Positions 9,296 to 18,198 of a stretch of DNA of 64,000 nucleotides are shown here, in pieces; the first letter of the stretch is position 1; the number at the start of each line of letters is the position of its first letter. The stretch covers positions 1,216,001-1,280,000 of the forward strand of contig OY820591.1 in assembly GCA_963555985.3 (NCBI GenBank), written 5' to 3'. Below the pieces are notes generated by a model, which saw only the letters and a list, made by a program, of their open reading frames with translations, was not told the origin of the DNA and did not search any database. Position numbers and translations under genes: made by a program. The stretch is from Dehalococcoidia bacterium. GTDB lineage: Bacteria; Chloroflexota; Dehalococcoidia; Bin125.

Positions 9296-9506
9296 CGGAT
9301 CGTGCAATGTGAGGTCGGTGGTACGACCAGATTGGGAGTGACTTCAGACTTGGTTGCTTCGAGATTCCCGCCTGCGCGGGAATGACGGAAATGGGGATTA
9401 GGCGCAGGCCTTCCTCCGCAGGAATGACGGAGATGGGGGTTTTGCAACGGTCTCCCTGCGCGGGAATGACGGAAATGGGGATTATGCGCAGGTCTCCAAG
9501 GGGGAG
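9296..9506. repeat. Repeat cluster upstream of HTH gene 1
   Basis: Three tandem copies or part-copies of (ATTCCCG)CCTGCGCGGGAATGACGGA followed by tails such as TTTTGCAACGGTCTC and TTATGCGCAGGTCTC. Confidence 0.85.
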
Positions 9507-9557
9507 TGGAAGGACAGTGTGTGCCGGGGGCGTACCTTAGTGGGTGAGGAGGTGCTT

Positions 9558-9953
9558 GTGTTGCAGGTTCAGGCTCTGGATCACATTGTGTTGGCGGTGG
9601 CGGACGTTTCGCGTTCGCTGGAGTGGTACTGCGAGCGGCTGGGGCTTGCTCCGGTGCGGGTGGAGGCTTGGCGTGCGGGGGAGGTTCCGTTTCCGTCGGT
9701 GCGGATTAGCGCGGACACGATTGTTGATCTGATCGCGCGGGATTCGGATGCGGCTGCGGGCGCTCGCAACCTCGATCACTTTTGTCTAGTGGTCGGCGCT
9801 GAGGACTTGGAGCGTGTGCGCGCCTCGGACGAGTTTGAGATCGTTCGCGATCCCGATTTCGCGCTGTTCGGCGCACGCGGGATGGCTGATGGTCTCTACA
9901 TCCTCGATCCGGACGGGAACGAGATCGAGTTGCGGGCCTATTCGAGCCCGTAG
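9558..9953 (+). CDS. VOC/glyoxalase family protein
   Basis: LDHIVLAVADV, NLDHFCL, YILDPDGNEIEL; RBS GAGGAGG before GTG 9558. Confidence 0.9.
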   Translation: MLQVQALDHIVLAVADVSRSLEWYCERLGLAPVRVEAWRAGEVPFPSVRISADTIVDLIARDSDAAAGARNLDHFCLVVGAEDLERVRASDEFEIVRDPDFALFGARGMADGLYILDPDGNEIELRAYSSP

Positions 9954-11089
9954 ATTCGCTTGACGTTGCCGCCGAGGACGCGCTCGCGGGCGGTTTCGTC
10001 CAGCGGTTCGACCAGTTCGACGAGGTCGTGAACCCAGGTGCCGGTGTGGTCGGGGTGGGGATAGTCGGAGGCCCACATGAACTTGTCGGAGCCTACGTAG
10101 TCCATGGTGTAGGCGGCGGAATGCTCGTCGGGGTCGCCGGAGACGAAGCACTGACGCTTGAAGTAGAAGCTGGGCTTCTCCTTGAGGGGGAGCGCTCTGC
10201 CGGCGAGGGTGTCGTAGACGGCGTCCATGCGGTCGAGCATGGAGCCGACCCAGCCGGAGCCGACCTCGAGGATGCCGAGCTGGAGGTTGGGGAATTTCTC
10301 TAGTGTGCCGAAGGCGAAGAAGCTAGCCAGGACCTGCTGGAGGCCTTGGCGCACGGTGACGTTGCCGTACCAGCCGGCGGCTGCGCCGAAGGACTGCATA
10401 TCGAAGCGCGGCGAGGTGTTGGAATCGAGGTCGAAGGTGGGGTGGATCGCCATTGGCACGCCCAGTTCTTCGGCCTTCTGCCAGAGTGGGTCGTGATCGG
10501 GATGTCCGTGGGGGATTTTGCTGTAGGTGAAGGGAGCGACGAATGCGCCGCGCGCGCCCGCCTTGACAGCGCGTTCGAGTTCTTCGACGGCGGCGGGGAT
10601 GTCGAGCATGGAGAGGTGCGCGATCGGGACCAGGCGGCCTTCGCTGGGGCGGCAGAAGTCGACGATCCAGCGGTTGTAAGCGCGGGTGTAGGCGTTGGAG
10701 ATCTCGGGGTCGTCGCACTCGCATTCCCAGAGCAGGCCGAGGGTGGGATAGAGCAGGGCCTTTTCCAGGTGCTCCTGGTCGAGCAGATCGACCCGCTGGG
10801 TTGCGTCGCAACCGCCGTAGGGCATGTGATCCATGTAGAGGCGGTCGGCGGAGGGGAGGACCTCCTGGCCCATCGCGCCCATGATGCCGAGCACGCCCTT
10901 GACGGTCTTGGTGGAGGGCCGGCCGTTGATTTCGAGGTATTCGAAGCCGTCCTCGTCGCGCTTGATCTGGAGCGCGCGGTCGCGGTAGCGCTCTTCGAGG
11001 TAGTCCTGCCAGAGGTTGGCGGGTTCGAGGATGTGTCCGTCGGCGTCGACGGCTCCGTCGTAGGGGAAACGGACGATTTCGTAGGCCAT
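9938..11089 (-). CDS. Amidohydrolase family protein (Amidohydro_2)
   Basis: VDADGHILEP, RAYNRW, WASDYPHPD; start moved to MAYEIV with RBS AGGAG. Confidence 0.9.
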   Translation of the reverse strand: MAYEIVRFPYDGAVDADGHILEPANLWQDYLEERYRDRALQIKRDEDGFEYLEINGRPSTKTVKGVLGIMGAMGQEVLPSADRLYMDHMPYGGCDATQRVDLLDQEHLEKALLYPTLGLLWECECDDPEISNAYTRAYNRWIVDFCRPSEGRLVPIAHLSMLDIPAAVEELERAVKAGARGAFVAPFTYSKIPHGHPDHDPLWQKAEELGVPMAIHPTFDLDSNTSPRFDMQSFGAAAGWYGNVTVRQGLQQVLASFFAFGTLEKFPNLQLGILEVGSGWVGSMLDRMDAVYDTLAGRALPLKEKPSFYFKRQCFVSGDPDEHSAAYTMDYVGSDKFMWASDYPHPDHTGTWVHDLVELVEPLDETARERVLGGNVKRIYGLE

Positions 11090-11196
11090 GCTGAACTCCT
11101 GTGGCTTTTCCGAAGCGAGGATAGGGCTCTCAAATCGCTCGGGCGGAGCTCTGCGATAGCCTGAACTGTGACAACCGCCGACCAAAGGAGCGTGCG

Positions 11197-11658
11197 ATGT
11201 CTGCACACAATGCGGATGCCAAGGCCCTGGAGATGGGGCTCGATCTGTCGACCAATCCACCGTTAGCCAACTACGTGCCGGCGGTGCGGACGGGGAACCT
11301 CGTCTACCTGTCGGGTCACGGACCGTTTCAGGACGGTGAGTTGATTCGCGGGAAGCTCGGCGCTGAGCTCGATGTCGACGCCGGCTACCAGGCTGCTCGC
11401 GCGGTCATGGTGCAACTGCTTGGCTCGCTTCGGGCTGAGATCGGCTCGCTGGATCGCGTCTCGCGGATCGTGAAGCTGCTCTGCATGGTCAACTGCACGC
11501 CCGATTTCGGCAATCATCCCGGCGTCGCCAACGGCGCGTCCGACCTACTCGTCGAACTCTTTGGAGAGTCGGGGCGGCACGCGCGCTCGGCGGTGGGGAT
11601 GCAATCCCTGCCGATGGGCATGTCGGTCGAAATCGAGATGATCGTCGAGATTGAGTAG
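11197..11658 (+). CDS. RidA/YjgF family protein
   Basis: ANYVPAVRTGNLVYLSGHGP, VANGASDLL, GRHARSAVG, VEIE. Confidence 0.9.
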   Translation: MSAHNADAKALEMGLDLSTNPPLANYVPAVRTGNLVYLSGHGPFQDGELIRGKLGAELDVDAGYQAARAVMVQLLGSLRAEIGSLDRVSRIVKLLCMVNCTPDFGNHPGVANGASDLLVELFGESGRHARSAVGMQSLPMGMSVEIEMIVEIE

Positions 11659-11660
11659 GG

Positions 11661-11717
11661 CCCTCACCCCGGCCCCCGCATCAAGTGCGGGGCAGGCTCT
11701 CTCCCCTCGGGAGAGGG
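11661..11717. repeat. CCCTCACCCC...CTCTCCC/GGGAGAGGG hairpin repeat carrying the 24-nt CAGGCT module
   Basis: Module CCCGCATCAAGTGCGGGGCAGGCT at 11675-11698, identical to 54368-54391. Confidence 0.85.
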
Positions 11718-11755
11718 AGCAAGAAGGGGGAGAGGGGACCAGAAAGAAGGACACT

Positions 11756-12754
11756 ATGCGACTGGGGATACTGGCCGGGTTTAGCGCTGATTGGCGTGAC
11801 ACGCTGGAGAAGGTCAAGATCGCCGAAGATCTGGGTTACGAGATGGTCGCCACCGGTGAGGCGTGGGGACATTCGGTGCTGCCCTGGTTGACGGTGATCG
11901 CGGCCAACACCGAGAAGATGCAGATCGGGACGGGCATCCTGAATACGTTTTCGCGCTCGCCGGCGGCGATTGCACAGGAGTTTGCGACGCTGGAGGCGAT
12001 CTCGGGCGGGCGGATGGTCTGCGGGCTGGGGTCGTCGGGGAATCTGGTGATCGAGGGATTTCACGGGGTGGAGTTCGATCGGCCGCTGCGCCGGATCCGT
12101 GAGTACACCGAGATCATCAAGATGCTGCTCAGCGGCCAGCGGCTGCAATACGAGGGGGAGATCTACACATTGCAGCGCGGCTTCCGGCTGCTGGGATTTG
12201 AGCCGGTGCGGGAGGATACGCCGGTCTGGATTGCGGCGATCACGCCGCGTTCGATTCAGCAGACGGGGGAGATTGCGGACGGGATCTATCCGATTCACTG
12301 GCCTCGGCGCGCGTTTGAGCCGTTGCAGCGGCAATTGGCGGGCGCATCGCGGGATGCGGGACGGCCTGAGGATTCGGTGACGATTGCTCCGTTCACGAAT
12401 GTCTACGTGACTGGCGACGGCGACGACGAGCAAGTCTGGCGGAATGCTCGGCAGCCGCTGTTTCACTACACGAACCGGATGGGTTCGTTCTACTGGCAGA
12501 TGTTGTCGCGTTCGGGGTTCGAATCGGAGATTCAGGAGTCGCGTGCGGCCTGGGCGGATCGTGACTCCGAGGGGGCGCTGATGGCGTTCTCGGAGAGCAT
12601 GGTGCGGGAGATTCAGGTGATCGGCCCGATTGAGTCGGTGACTGAGCAGTTGCAGGCGCGGTCGGACGCGGGGGCGCAGTTGCAGATGATCCCGCTGCCG
12701 TCGGGTACTCCGAGCGAGGTCGGCCGGCGGCTGGAACAGTATCTGGGCGGGTAG
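11756..12754 (+). CDS. LLM-class (probably F420-dependent) oxidoreductase
   Basis: AEDLGY, EAWG, GTGILNTFSRSPA, SGGRMVCGLG; start MRLGIL with RBS GAAGGA (upstream extension is repeat DNA). Confidence 0.9.
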   Translation: MRLGILAGFSADWRDTLEKVKIAEDLGYEMVATGEAWGHSVLPWLTVIAANTEKMQIGTGILNTFSRSPAAIAQEFATLEAISGGRMVCGLGSSGNLVIEGFHGVEFDRPLRRIREYTEIIKMLLSGQRLQYEGEIYTLQRGFRLLGFEPVREDTPVWIAAITPRSIQQTGEIADGIYPIHWPRRAFEPLQRQLAGASRDAGRPEDSVTIAPFTNVYVTGDGDDEQVWRNARQPLFHYTNRMGSFYWQMLSRSGFESEIQESRAAWADRDSEGALMAFSESMVREIQVIGPIESVTEQLQARSDAGAQLQMIPLPSGTPSEVGRRLEQYLGG

Positions 12755-12757
12755 CCG

Positions 12758-13009
12758 ATGTCTGACTCACAGATCGCGATTGAGGTCGTCTACTGCGCCG
12801 ACTGCGGCTATTGGCCGCGCACCGCCTGGATGCTGGGCGAGTTGATGACCGACATTCAGCACCTGGTGTCGGATGTTCGGCTAGTACCGGATACGAAAGG
12901 CGTGTTCGAGTGGAGCGTCGACGGCGAACTGATCTTCAGTAAGGCTGCGATGGGGCGGTTTCCCGACATGGACGAGTTGCGCGAGTTAATCTACGCCCGG
13001 ATCGATTGA
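12758..13009 (+). CDS. Rdx (SelT/SelW/SelH) family protein, Cys form
   Basis: YCADCGY CxxC; GVFEWSVDGELIFSK...RFP. Confidence 0.85.
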   Translation: MSDSQIAIEVVYCADCGYWPRTAWMLGELMTDIQHLVSDVRLVPDTKGVFEWSVDGELIFSKAAMGRFPDMDELRELIYARID

Positions 13010-13031
13010 CGCCCTGCGGAGGGAGACTGCC

Positions 13032-13571
13032 ATGCCCGAGACGATCGAAGTGCTGAGCCCGCTGGCTCATGTTGCGGTGCGCGAAGCGACGGCTGCGCCC
13101 CGACCTGTCACGCTTGATGGATTGCGGCCCGGGATTTTGGAGAATCGCAAGGCAAACGCTCGCTTACTGATGCAGACGATGGTGGAGCGTCTGGGCGAGC
13201 GGCATGAGCTCGGAGAGCTCGTGATTGGGAGCAAGCCGGTTGCGGGGCCGCCGTCGGATTCGACGGTGGATGCGCTTCGGAACGGGGCTGATTTCATCCT
13301 GATTGGGTCGTGTGATTGAGGATCGTGCACGACGTGGAGTGTCCACGCCGCGGTTCTGTTTGAGGAGATCGGGATCCCGACGGTGACGGTGGGTACATCG
13401 GCCTTTACCGACCTATTGCAGCTGGAAGCGGAACAGCGAGGATTGCCGGAATTGGATCGGCTGATCGTGCCGCATCCGCTCGGCGGTTTGCGGCCTGAGC
13501 GAGTGCGGGCCCGGATTGACGACGGGGTGGTCGCCCGGCTTGAGGCGGCGCTGATTGGCGGGGCGGGTTGA
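13032..13571 (+). CDS. UGSC-family selenoprotein (in-frame TGA 13317-13319 read as Sec), 179 aa
   Basis: ORFs 13032-13319 and 13383-13571 share one frame; read-through gives IGSCD-U-GSCTTWSVH...GIPTV...IVPHPLGG; hairpin directly 3' of TGA. Confidence 0.85.
13330..13350 (+). promoter_or_regulatory. Candidate bacterial SECIS element
   Basis: CGaCGTGGA-GTG-TCCACGcCG hairpin; G-containing apical loop begins 19 nt after the UGA. Confidence 0.65.
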
Positions 13572-14626
13572 TGGCTGCGAGCGGGCGTCCGGCTGAGTCG
13601 TTTGCGTTGCCGAGCGATCCGTTTGCGTTCTCGCAGGAGTGCATCCGGCGCGGGTGGTCGGACGGGTTGCCGTTGATTCCGCCGACGGCGGAGCGGGTTG
13701 AGGCGATGATTACGCCTTCGGGCCGGGATCCGCTGGAGATGCTCGGTGTGCTGGCACCGCGGCAGGGTGAGGCGACGGTGCAGGCGATCGCGATCAACGC
13801 GGTGATGGCGGGCTGCCGTCCGCAGCAGTTTCCGATCGTCCTCGCCGCCGTCGAAGCCATTGCCCAACCGCCCTTCAACCTGGACGGGATCAATGCGACG
13901 ACGCATCCCTGCGCGGTGTTCGTTCTGGCCTCGGGGCCGGCGGCGCGGGCGGCGGGGATTCACGGCGGTTCGGGCTGTTTCGGGCCGACGTTCCCGGCCA
14001 ACGCGACGATTGGGCGGGCGGTGCGGTTGGTGCAGCTGAATGTGGCCGGGGCGACGCCGGGTCGCGGCGATCGGGCGACGCAGGGGACGCCGGCCAAGTT
14101 CGCGTTCTGCGCGACGGAGCGGGAGGACGCCTCACCCTGGCCGCCGTTCCAGACGACGCGCGAGCTCAATGCGGAAGACAGTTGCGTGACGACTTGGGCC
14201 TGCGAGGGACCGCACAACATCCAAGATCACGGCAGCAATACGGCTCTGGGCATCTTGCAGACTGTCGCCGGGGCGATGGGGCAGGCGGGGAGCAACAACA
14301 TTCTGGGCAAGGGCGAACCGGTGCTGGCGTTTGGACCGGAGCACGCCGAGACGGTGGCGTCGGAGGGCTGGACGCGCGAGTTGGTGCAGGAGTACCTGTG
14401 GGAGCACGCGCGCTATCCGGCGAGCAAGCTGTCGGCGGAGTTCCTGAGCGCGGTCAACGACCGCATGGCGGGCGGCGTTCTGCCCACGCACGGCGACGAC
14501 GAACTGCTGCCGATCACGGACAAGCCGGAAGAGATTCACATCATCGTGGCGGGCGGTCCGGGTAAGCACTCATGCTGGATGCCGACGTTCGGAGGGATGA
14601 CTCGTCCGGTGACGGTGAGGCTCTGA
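13571..14626 (+). CDS. Conserved UGSC-associated protein (putative thiol oxidoreductase partner)
   Basis: GWSDGLPLIPPTAERV, IAINAVMAGC, ANATIGRA, IIVAGGPG; TGATG stop/start overlap with the UGSC gene. Confidence 0.75.
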   Translation: MAASGRPAESFALPSDPFAFSQECIRRGWSDGLPLIPPTAERVEAMITPSGRDPLEMLGVLAPRQGEATVQAIAINAVMAGCRPQQFPIVLAAVEAIAQPPFNLDGINATTHPCAVFVLASGPAARAAGIHGGSGCFGPTFPANATIGRAVRLVQLNVAGATPGRGDRATQGTPAKFAFCATEREDASPWPPFQTTRELNAEDSCVTTWACEGPHNIQDHGSNTALGILQTVAGAMGQAGSNNILGKGEPVLAFGPEHAETVASEGWTRELVQEYLWEHARYPASKLSAEFLSAVNDRMAGGVLPTHGDDELLPITDKPEEIHIIVAGGPGKHSCWMPTFGGMTRPVTVRL

Positions 14627-14647
14627 TCGAGCAGAGGGAGACAGGGA

Positions 14648-16285
14648 CTACGCATTGAGGGTTTGTTGGACGCCTTGTTTGCGTTTGCGGCGGGGAGCTT
14701 TGCGGAACGTCTGCGGGGCAGCAAAGCGCGGATACTCCGGCTGCCCGCCGCTCAGCAGTTCATCGATCGTCAGAATCTGCACCTTCGGATATTGGTTGCC
14801 CGGCAGACCCTCCGGCTCGTAGAAGCCGGCCGTGACAGCCTCTTCGATCATCGGCTGGGTCGGCGCCTCGAGGGTGACGAAGAGGCCGAGCGCGGCCTTC
14901 TCGCGCTCCATGTCGCCCTTGAGCGTGGCGATCTGCCCCCGATTGACCTTGCCGCTCTTAACTTGGACGATGATGCGCTTGGCCTTGCCGGAGTTGTCGT
15001 CGAAGAAGTTGATGTAGCCGTCCACGCCCGAGTCCGCGCCCTTCTTGCCCGTCGCCGGACGCGCGTCGACCAGCCCCAGCGCCCAGTACTCGAACTGGTA
15101 GCGGCCGTCGTGCTCGCTTTCGGTGGCAAGCGCGCGGGCGCTGGCGACGTCCTGGGGGAGGCCTACGACTTTGTACTCGGAGAGTTCCGCACCGAAGGTG
15201 TCCTGGAGGCGGTGCTTCATCAGTGAAACGGCGAGATGCGTAATGTCGATGCCGATCCAGCGCCGCTTGAGCCGCTCGGCGACGGCGACGGCAGTGCCGC
15301 AGCCGCAGAACGGATCGAGCACCAGGTCGCCCTCATTGCTGCTGGCGCTGATGATGCGTTCGAGCAAGGCTTCGGGCTTTTGAGTTGGGTAACCGATTCG
15401 CTCTGCAGCCTGCGAGTTGACTGGTGAAATGTCGGTCCAAATGTCCGCAGCGGGGCGTCCTGGCGTATCGTCCAGATAGCGCTTGTAGCGAGGCGTACCA
15501 GTACGAGTGAAGACGATTCGATCCTCGGCCATCAACTGATCAATCCGTTCTTGGTCCCACGCCCAGTGTCTTCCCTGAGGCGGTTCCAAGATTTGGTCGC
15601 CAAATCGCCGCGCCGAACCCGAGCCAGCGCCGTGCGCGGCGACAAGTTGATAGCGACGGCCGTCGGGATCAGTCAGCTTGTAGTGGCTGTCGATGTATTC
15701 GGCGGTGTGCGGAAGGTACTGCGGGTTCCAGGTTGGCTGCCGCGTCTTTGCGTAGTACAGCAGGGTGTCATGCACGGCGTTGAAATTGGTGGCTCCGCCA
15801 TGCGCTTGCGCCCTCTGCCAAATGATTTCTCGCCGAACGTACTCGGCGCCGAACACCGCGTCCATGAGTAGTTTGAGGTAGTGGCTGGCGGTGGGATCGC
15901 AGTGGAGGTAGATGCTGCCTGTCGGTTTGAGCACCCGATAGAGCTCGAGCAGTCGTTGAGCCATCATCGTGAGATAGGCCATCATGTCGTTCTGACCGAG
16001 GAACTCGCGCATCGCCTGGAGTAGCCTGCCGAGCTTGTCGGGACCGCGCAGGACGACTTCCTGGTAGGCGCGCTCGGAGTCGATGGTCCAGTGCCAGGTG
16101 TCGTCGAAGGCGGTGATCTGTGCGGCGGAGTCCTCGCCGGAGCGCTCTTTGAAGAGCACGTTGTAGGTGGCGTTGGAGTTGAAGGGCGGATCGAGGTAGA
16201 TCAGATCGACGGACTCGTCGGGGATGTGCTCGCGAAGGATGCTGAGGTTGTCGCCGAAGTAGAGCTGGTTGGTCCAGTCGGTCAT
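14648..16285 (-). CDS. Amino-(N6A/N4C) DNA methyltransferase, beta class, fused to C-terminal Mrr-like endonuclease domain
   Basis: LIYLDPPF (motif IV), YPTQKP, VLDPFCGCGT (motif I), then ADSGVDG...IIVQVKSG. Confidence 0.9.
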   Translation of the reverse strand: MTDWTNQLYFGDNLSILREHIPDESVDLIYLDPPFNSNATYNVLFKERSGEDSAAQITAFDDTWHWTIDSERAYQEVVLRGPDKLGRLLQAMREFLGQNDMMAYLTMMAQRLLELYRVLKPTGSIYLHCDPTASHYLKLLMDAVFGAEYVRREIIWQRAQAHGGATNFNAVHDTLLYYAKTRQPTWNPQYLPHTAEYIDSHYKLTDPDGRRYQLVAAHGAGSGSARRFGDQILEPPQGRHWAWDQERIDQLMAEDRIVFTRTGTPRYKRYLDDTPGRPAADIWTDISPVNSQAAERIGYPTQKPEALLERIISASSNEGDLVLDPFCGCGTAVAVAERLKRRWIGIDITHLAVSLMKHRLQDTFGAELSEYKVVGLPQDVASARALATESEHDGRYQFEYWALGLVDARPATGKKGADSGVDGYINFFDDNSGKAKRIIVQVKSGKVNRGQIATLKGDMEREKAALGLFVTLEAPTQPMIEEAVTAGFYEPEGLPGNQYPKVQILTIDELLSGGQPEYPRFAAPQTFRKAPRRKRKQGVQQTLNA

Positions 16286-16330
16286 TGGTGGTCTCCGCTG
16301 GCATGGTAAGCGGCTTGCAGAGCGGTAGGG

Positions 16331-17275
16331 TCACGCTTGATCTTCATATGTGAATCCCGCTGCGCGTTCGCCGGCGTGGAACTGGGCTAGTTTGGTGAAG
16401 AGGTCTTGGAAGATGGGATCGCGGCGGACATAGTGGGCTTCGGCGAATGGGGCAGGTGGAGTGTTGTTGGGTCTCTTGCTCCAGTGCATGTCTGCGCTCA
16501 GCGTCGGGCGTTCGAGGCTGAGCTTGGATACCCATGATTCGTCGATCAGGTAGCCCGTGGCGGCGAGGTCCCAGATCTCCTTCGAGCGTCCGGGATACTG
16601 CTCGTTGTGGTCGCGGAAGATGTCGGCGAGATATTCACCGATTGCACCTTGGGGTCGAACATAGGCGTCCAGCTCGGCGGTGGTGGCGAGCAGGTGGGAG
16701 GCTGCGCCGTAGCAGGGGATGTGGACGAGCGGCGCGCCGCTCTCGAAGACGGCGCGGGCGGCGGCGGGGTCCTGGTAGAGATTGAACTCGCGGGCGTCGT
16801 GGCGGTGTTGGGGTTGTCCGCCGAGCCAGACGATGGCGATGCGGTCGGCGATTTCGGGCGCTTGGTTGAGCGCCGAAGCGATGTTGGTGAGCGCGCCGAT
16901 GGCGGCGACCCAGAGCGGTTCGCCGCGCGGTTCGAGGGCGCGTCGAATCAGATCGTCGGAGGCGGCGTTGCGAACTGTCGCTTGATCGTCGGAGAGGAAG
17001 CGATCTGCGCCCCGCAGCACGTGGTTGCCGGGGTTGACGCCGAGGCGTTCGAGCAAGCGGTGGATTTCGGCCTCGGACTGCTCGACGCCGTCGGCGGGGG
17101 AACTGCCTTCGCGGGAGAAGAGGGTGGCGTAGATCGCTTGGAGTTGGAGTCGATCGCCGGAGAGCAGAGCGTGGACGACGGCGAACTGGTCGTCGATTTC
17201 GTTGGCAGTGTCGGTATCGAGCACGATCGGGACGCGCTTGGGCGGCGAGGGCGGGCTGAGGATGTCGTTTGGCAT
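16331..17275 (-). CDS. Nucleoside hydrolase (IUNH family)
   Basis: LDTDTANEIDDQFA, IGALTNIA, EFNLYQDP, IWD. Confidence 0.9.
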   Translation of the reverse strand: MPNDILSPPSPPKRVPIVLDTDTANEIDDQFAVVHALLSGDRLQLQAIYATLFSREGSSPADGVEQSEAEIHRLLERLGVNPGNHVLRGADRFLSDDQATVRNAASDDLIRRALEPRGEPLWVAAIGALTNIASALNQAPEIADRIAIVWLGGQPQHRHDAREFNLYQDPAAARAVFESGAPLVHIPCYGAASHLLATTAELDAYVRPQGAIGEYLADIFRDHNEQYPGRSKEIWDLAATGYLIDESWVSKLSLERPTLSADMHWSKRPNNTPPAPFAEAHYVRRDPIFQDLFTKLAQFHAGERAAGFTYEDQA

Positions 17276-17349
17276 GAGCGCAGGGTAGTTGCGGAGTAGA
17301 GGGCGTAGTCTGTTGGTGGCCAGTTGGCCGCAGCTGAGAGGAATTGAGG

Positions 17350-18186
17350 ATGAAGTACGGCGTGTTCATTTTCGCGACGGATCTGGCGATGGATCCGGTC
17401 TCGCTCGCAGTGGCGGCGGAGGAGCGGGGCTTCGAGTCGTTGTTCGTGCCCGAGCACGTTCACATGCCGGTCGATCGGGAAACGCCGTTCCCGCGCAGCG
17501 AGGACGGCTCGCTGCCCGTCGAGTACCGCCGAATCCACGACCCATTCGTCGCGCTCGGAGCGGCGGCCGGCGCCACGTCTGAGATTCGTCTGGGTACGGG
17601 CATCTGTCTCGTCACCGAGCACGAACCGATCGCGCTGGCTAAGCAGATCGCTTCCCTCGACATGATCTCCGGAGGGCGCTTCGACTTTGGCATCGGGGCG
17701 GGCTGGTTGGCCGAGGAGATGGAGCCGCTCGGCGTCCGTTTCCAGGATCGCTGGAAGGTGACACAGCAGCGGATCGAGGCAATGAAGGAGATGTGGACGC
17801 AGGACGAGTCGGAGTACCACTCGGAGTTCGTCGACATTCCCAAGACCGAAGTGATTCCCAAGCCGGTGCAGAATCCCCATCCGCCGATCCTGATCGGAGC
17901 CGGCAGCAAGTGGGCGCGCCAGCGGGTGGTCGATTGGGCCGACGGCTGGCTGCCGAACATCACGGCGCCGGGATTTGTCGAGCGCGGCATCCAGGACATC
18001 CAGTCACGTGCGCACGAGGCCGGTCGGGACTTCGACGAAATCTCGATCCATGTCTTCGGCGGGGACGACGAGGCGATTGCCGAGTACGAGCGGATGGGCG
18101 TCGACCGGCTCATCTTCCGCTTGCCGCACGCGGGAGCGGATGAAGTCGTGCCTGAACTGGATCGGTTGGCGAGCCTGATCGCGTAG
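17350..18186 (+). CDS. LLM-class F420-dependent oxidoreductase (Rv2161c-like)
   Basis: AEERGFESLFVPEH, DPFVAL, SGGRFDFGIGAGW, PKPVQNPHPPI. Confidence 0.9.
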   Translation: MKYGVFIFATDLAMDPVSLAVAAEERGFESLFVPEHVHMPVDRETPFPRSEDGSLPVEYRRIHDPFVALGAAAGATSEIRLGTGICLVTEHEPIALAKQIASLDMISGGRFDFGIGAGWLAEEMEPLGVRFQDRWKVTQQRIEAMKEMWTQDESEYHSEFVDIPKTEVIPKPVQNPHPPILIGAGSKWARQRVVDWADGWLPNITAPGFVERGIQDIQSRAHEAGRDFDEISIHVFGGDDEAIAEYERMGVDRLIFRLPHAGADEVVPELDRLASLIA

Positions 18187-18198
18187 GCCGGCGGGCGG

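Noticed and set aside
7936-9447. ORFs containing RHSRAGGNL peptides (7936-8250, 8890-9447)
   Set aside because: Translations of REP DNA with no RBS or domain
9361-9496. Tandem repeats as a possible CRISPR array
   Set aside because: Only 2-3 degenerate copies, irregular spacing, dispersed copies elsewhere and no cas genes; they are REP-type
11651-11755. 35-aa N-terminal extension of the LLM ORF as another in-frame repeat insertion
   Set aside because: A good RBS and ATG at 11756 make the repeat intergenic
13032-13571. Pseudogene or two small genes
   Set aside because: UGSC motif and SECIS-like hairpin favour Sec recoding
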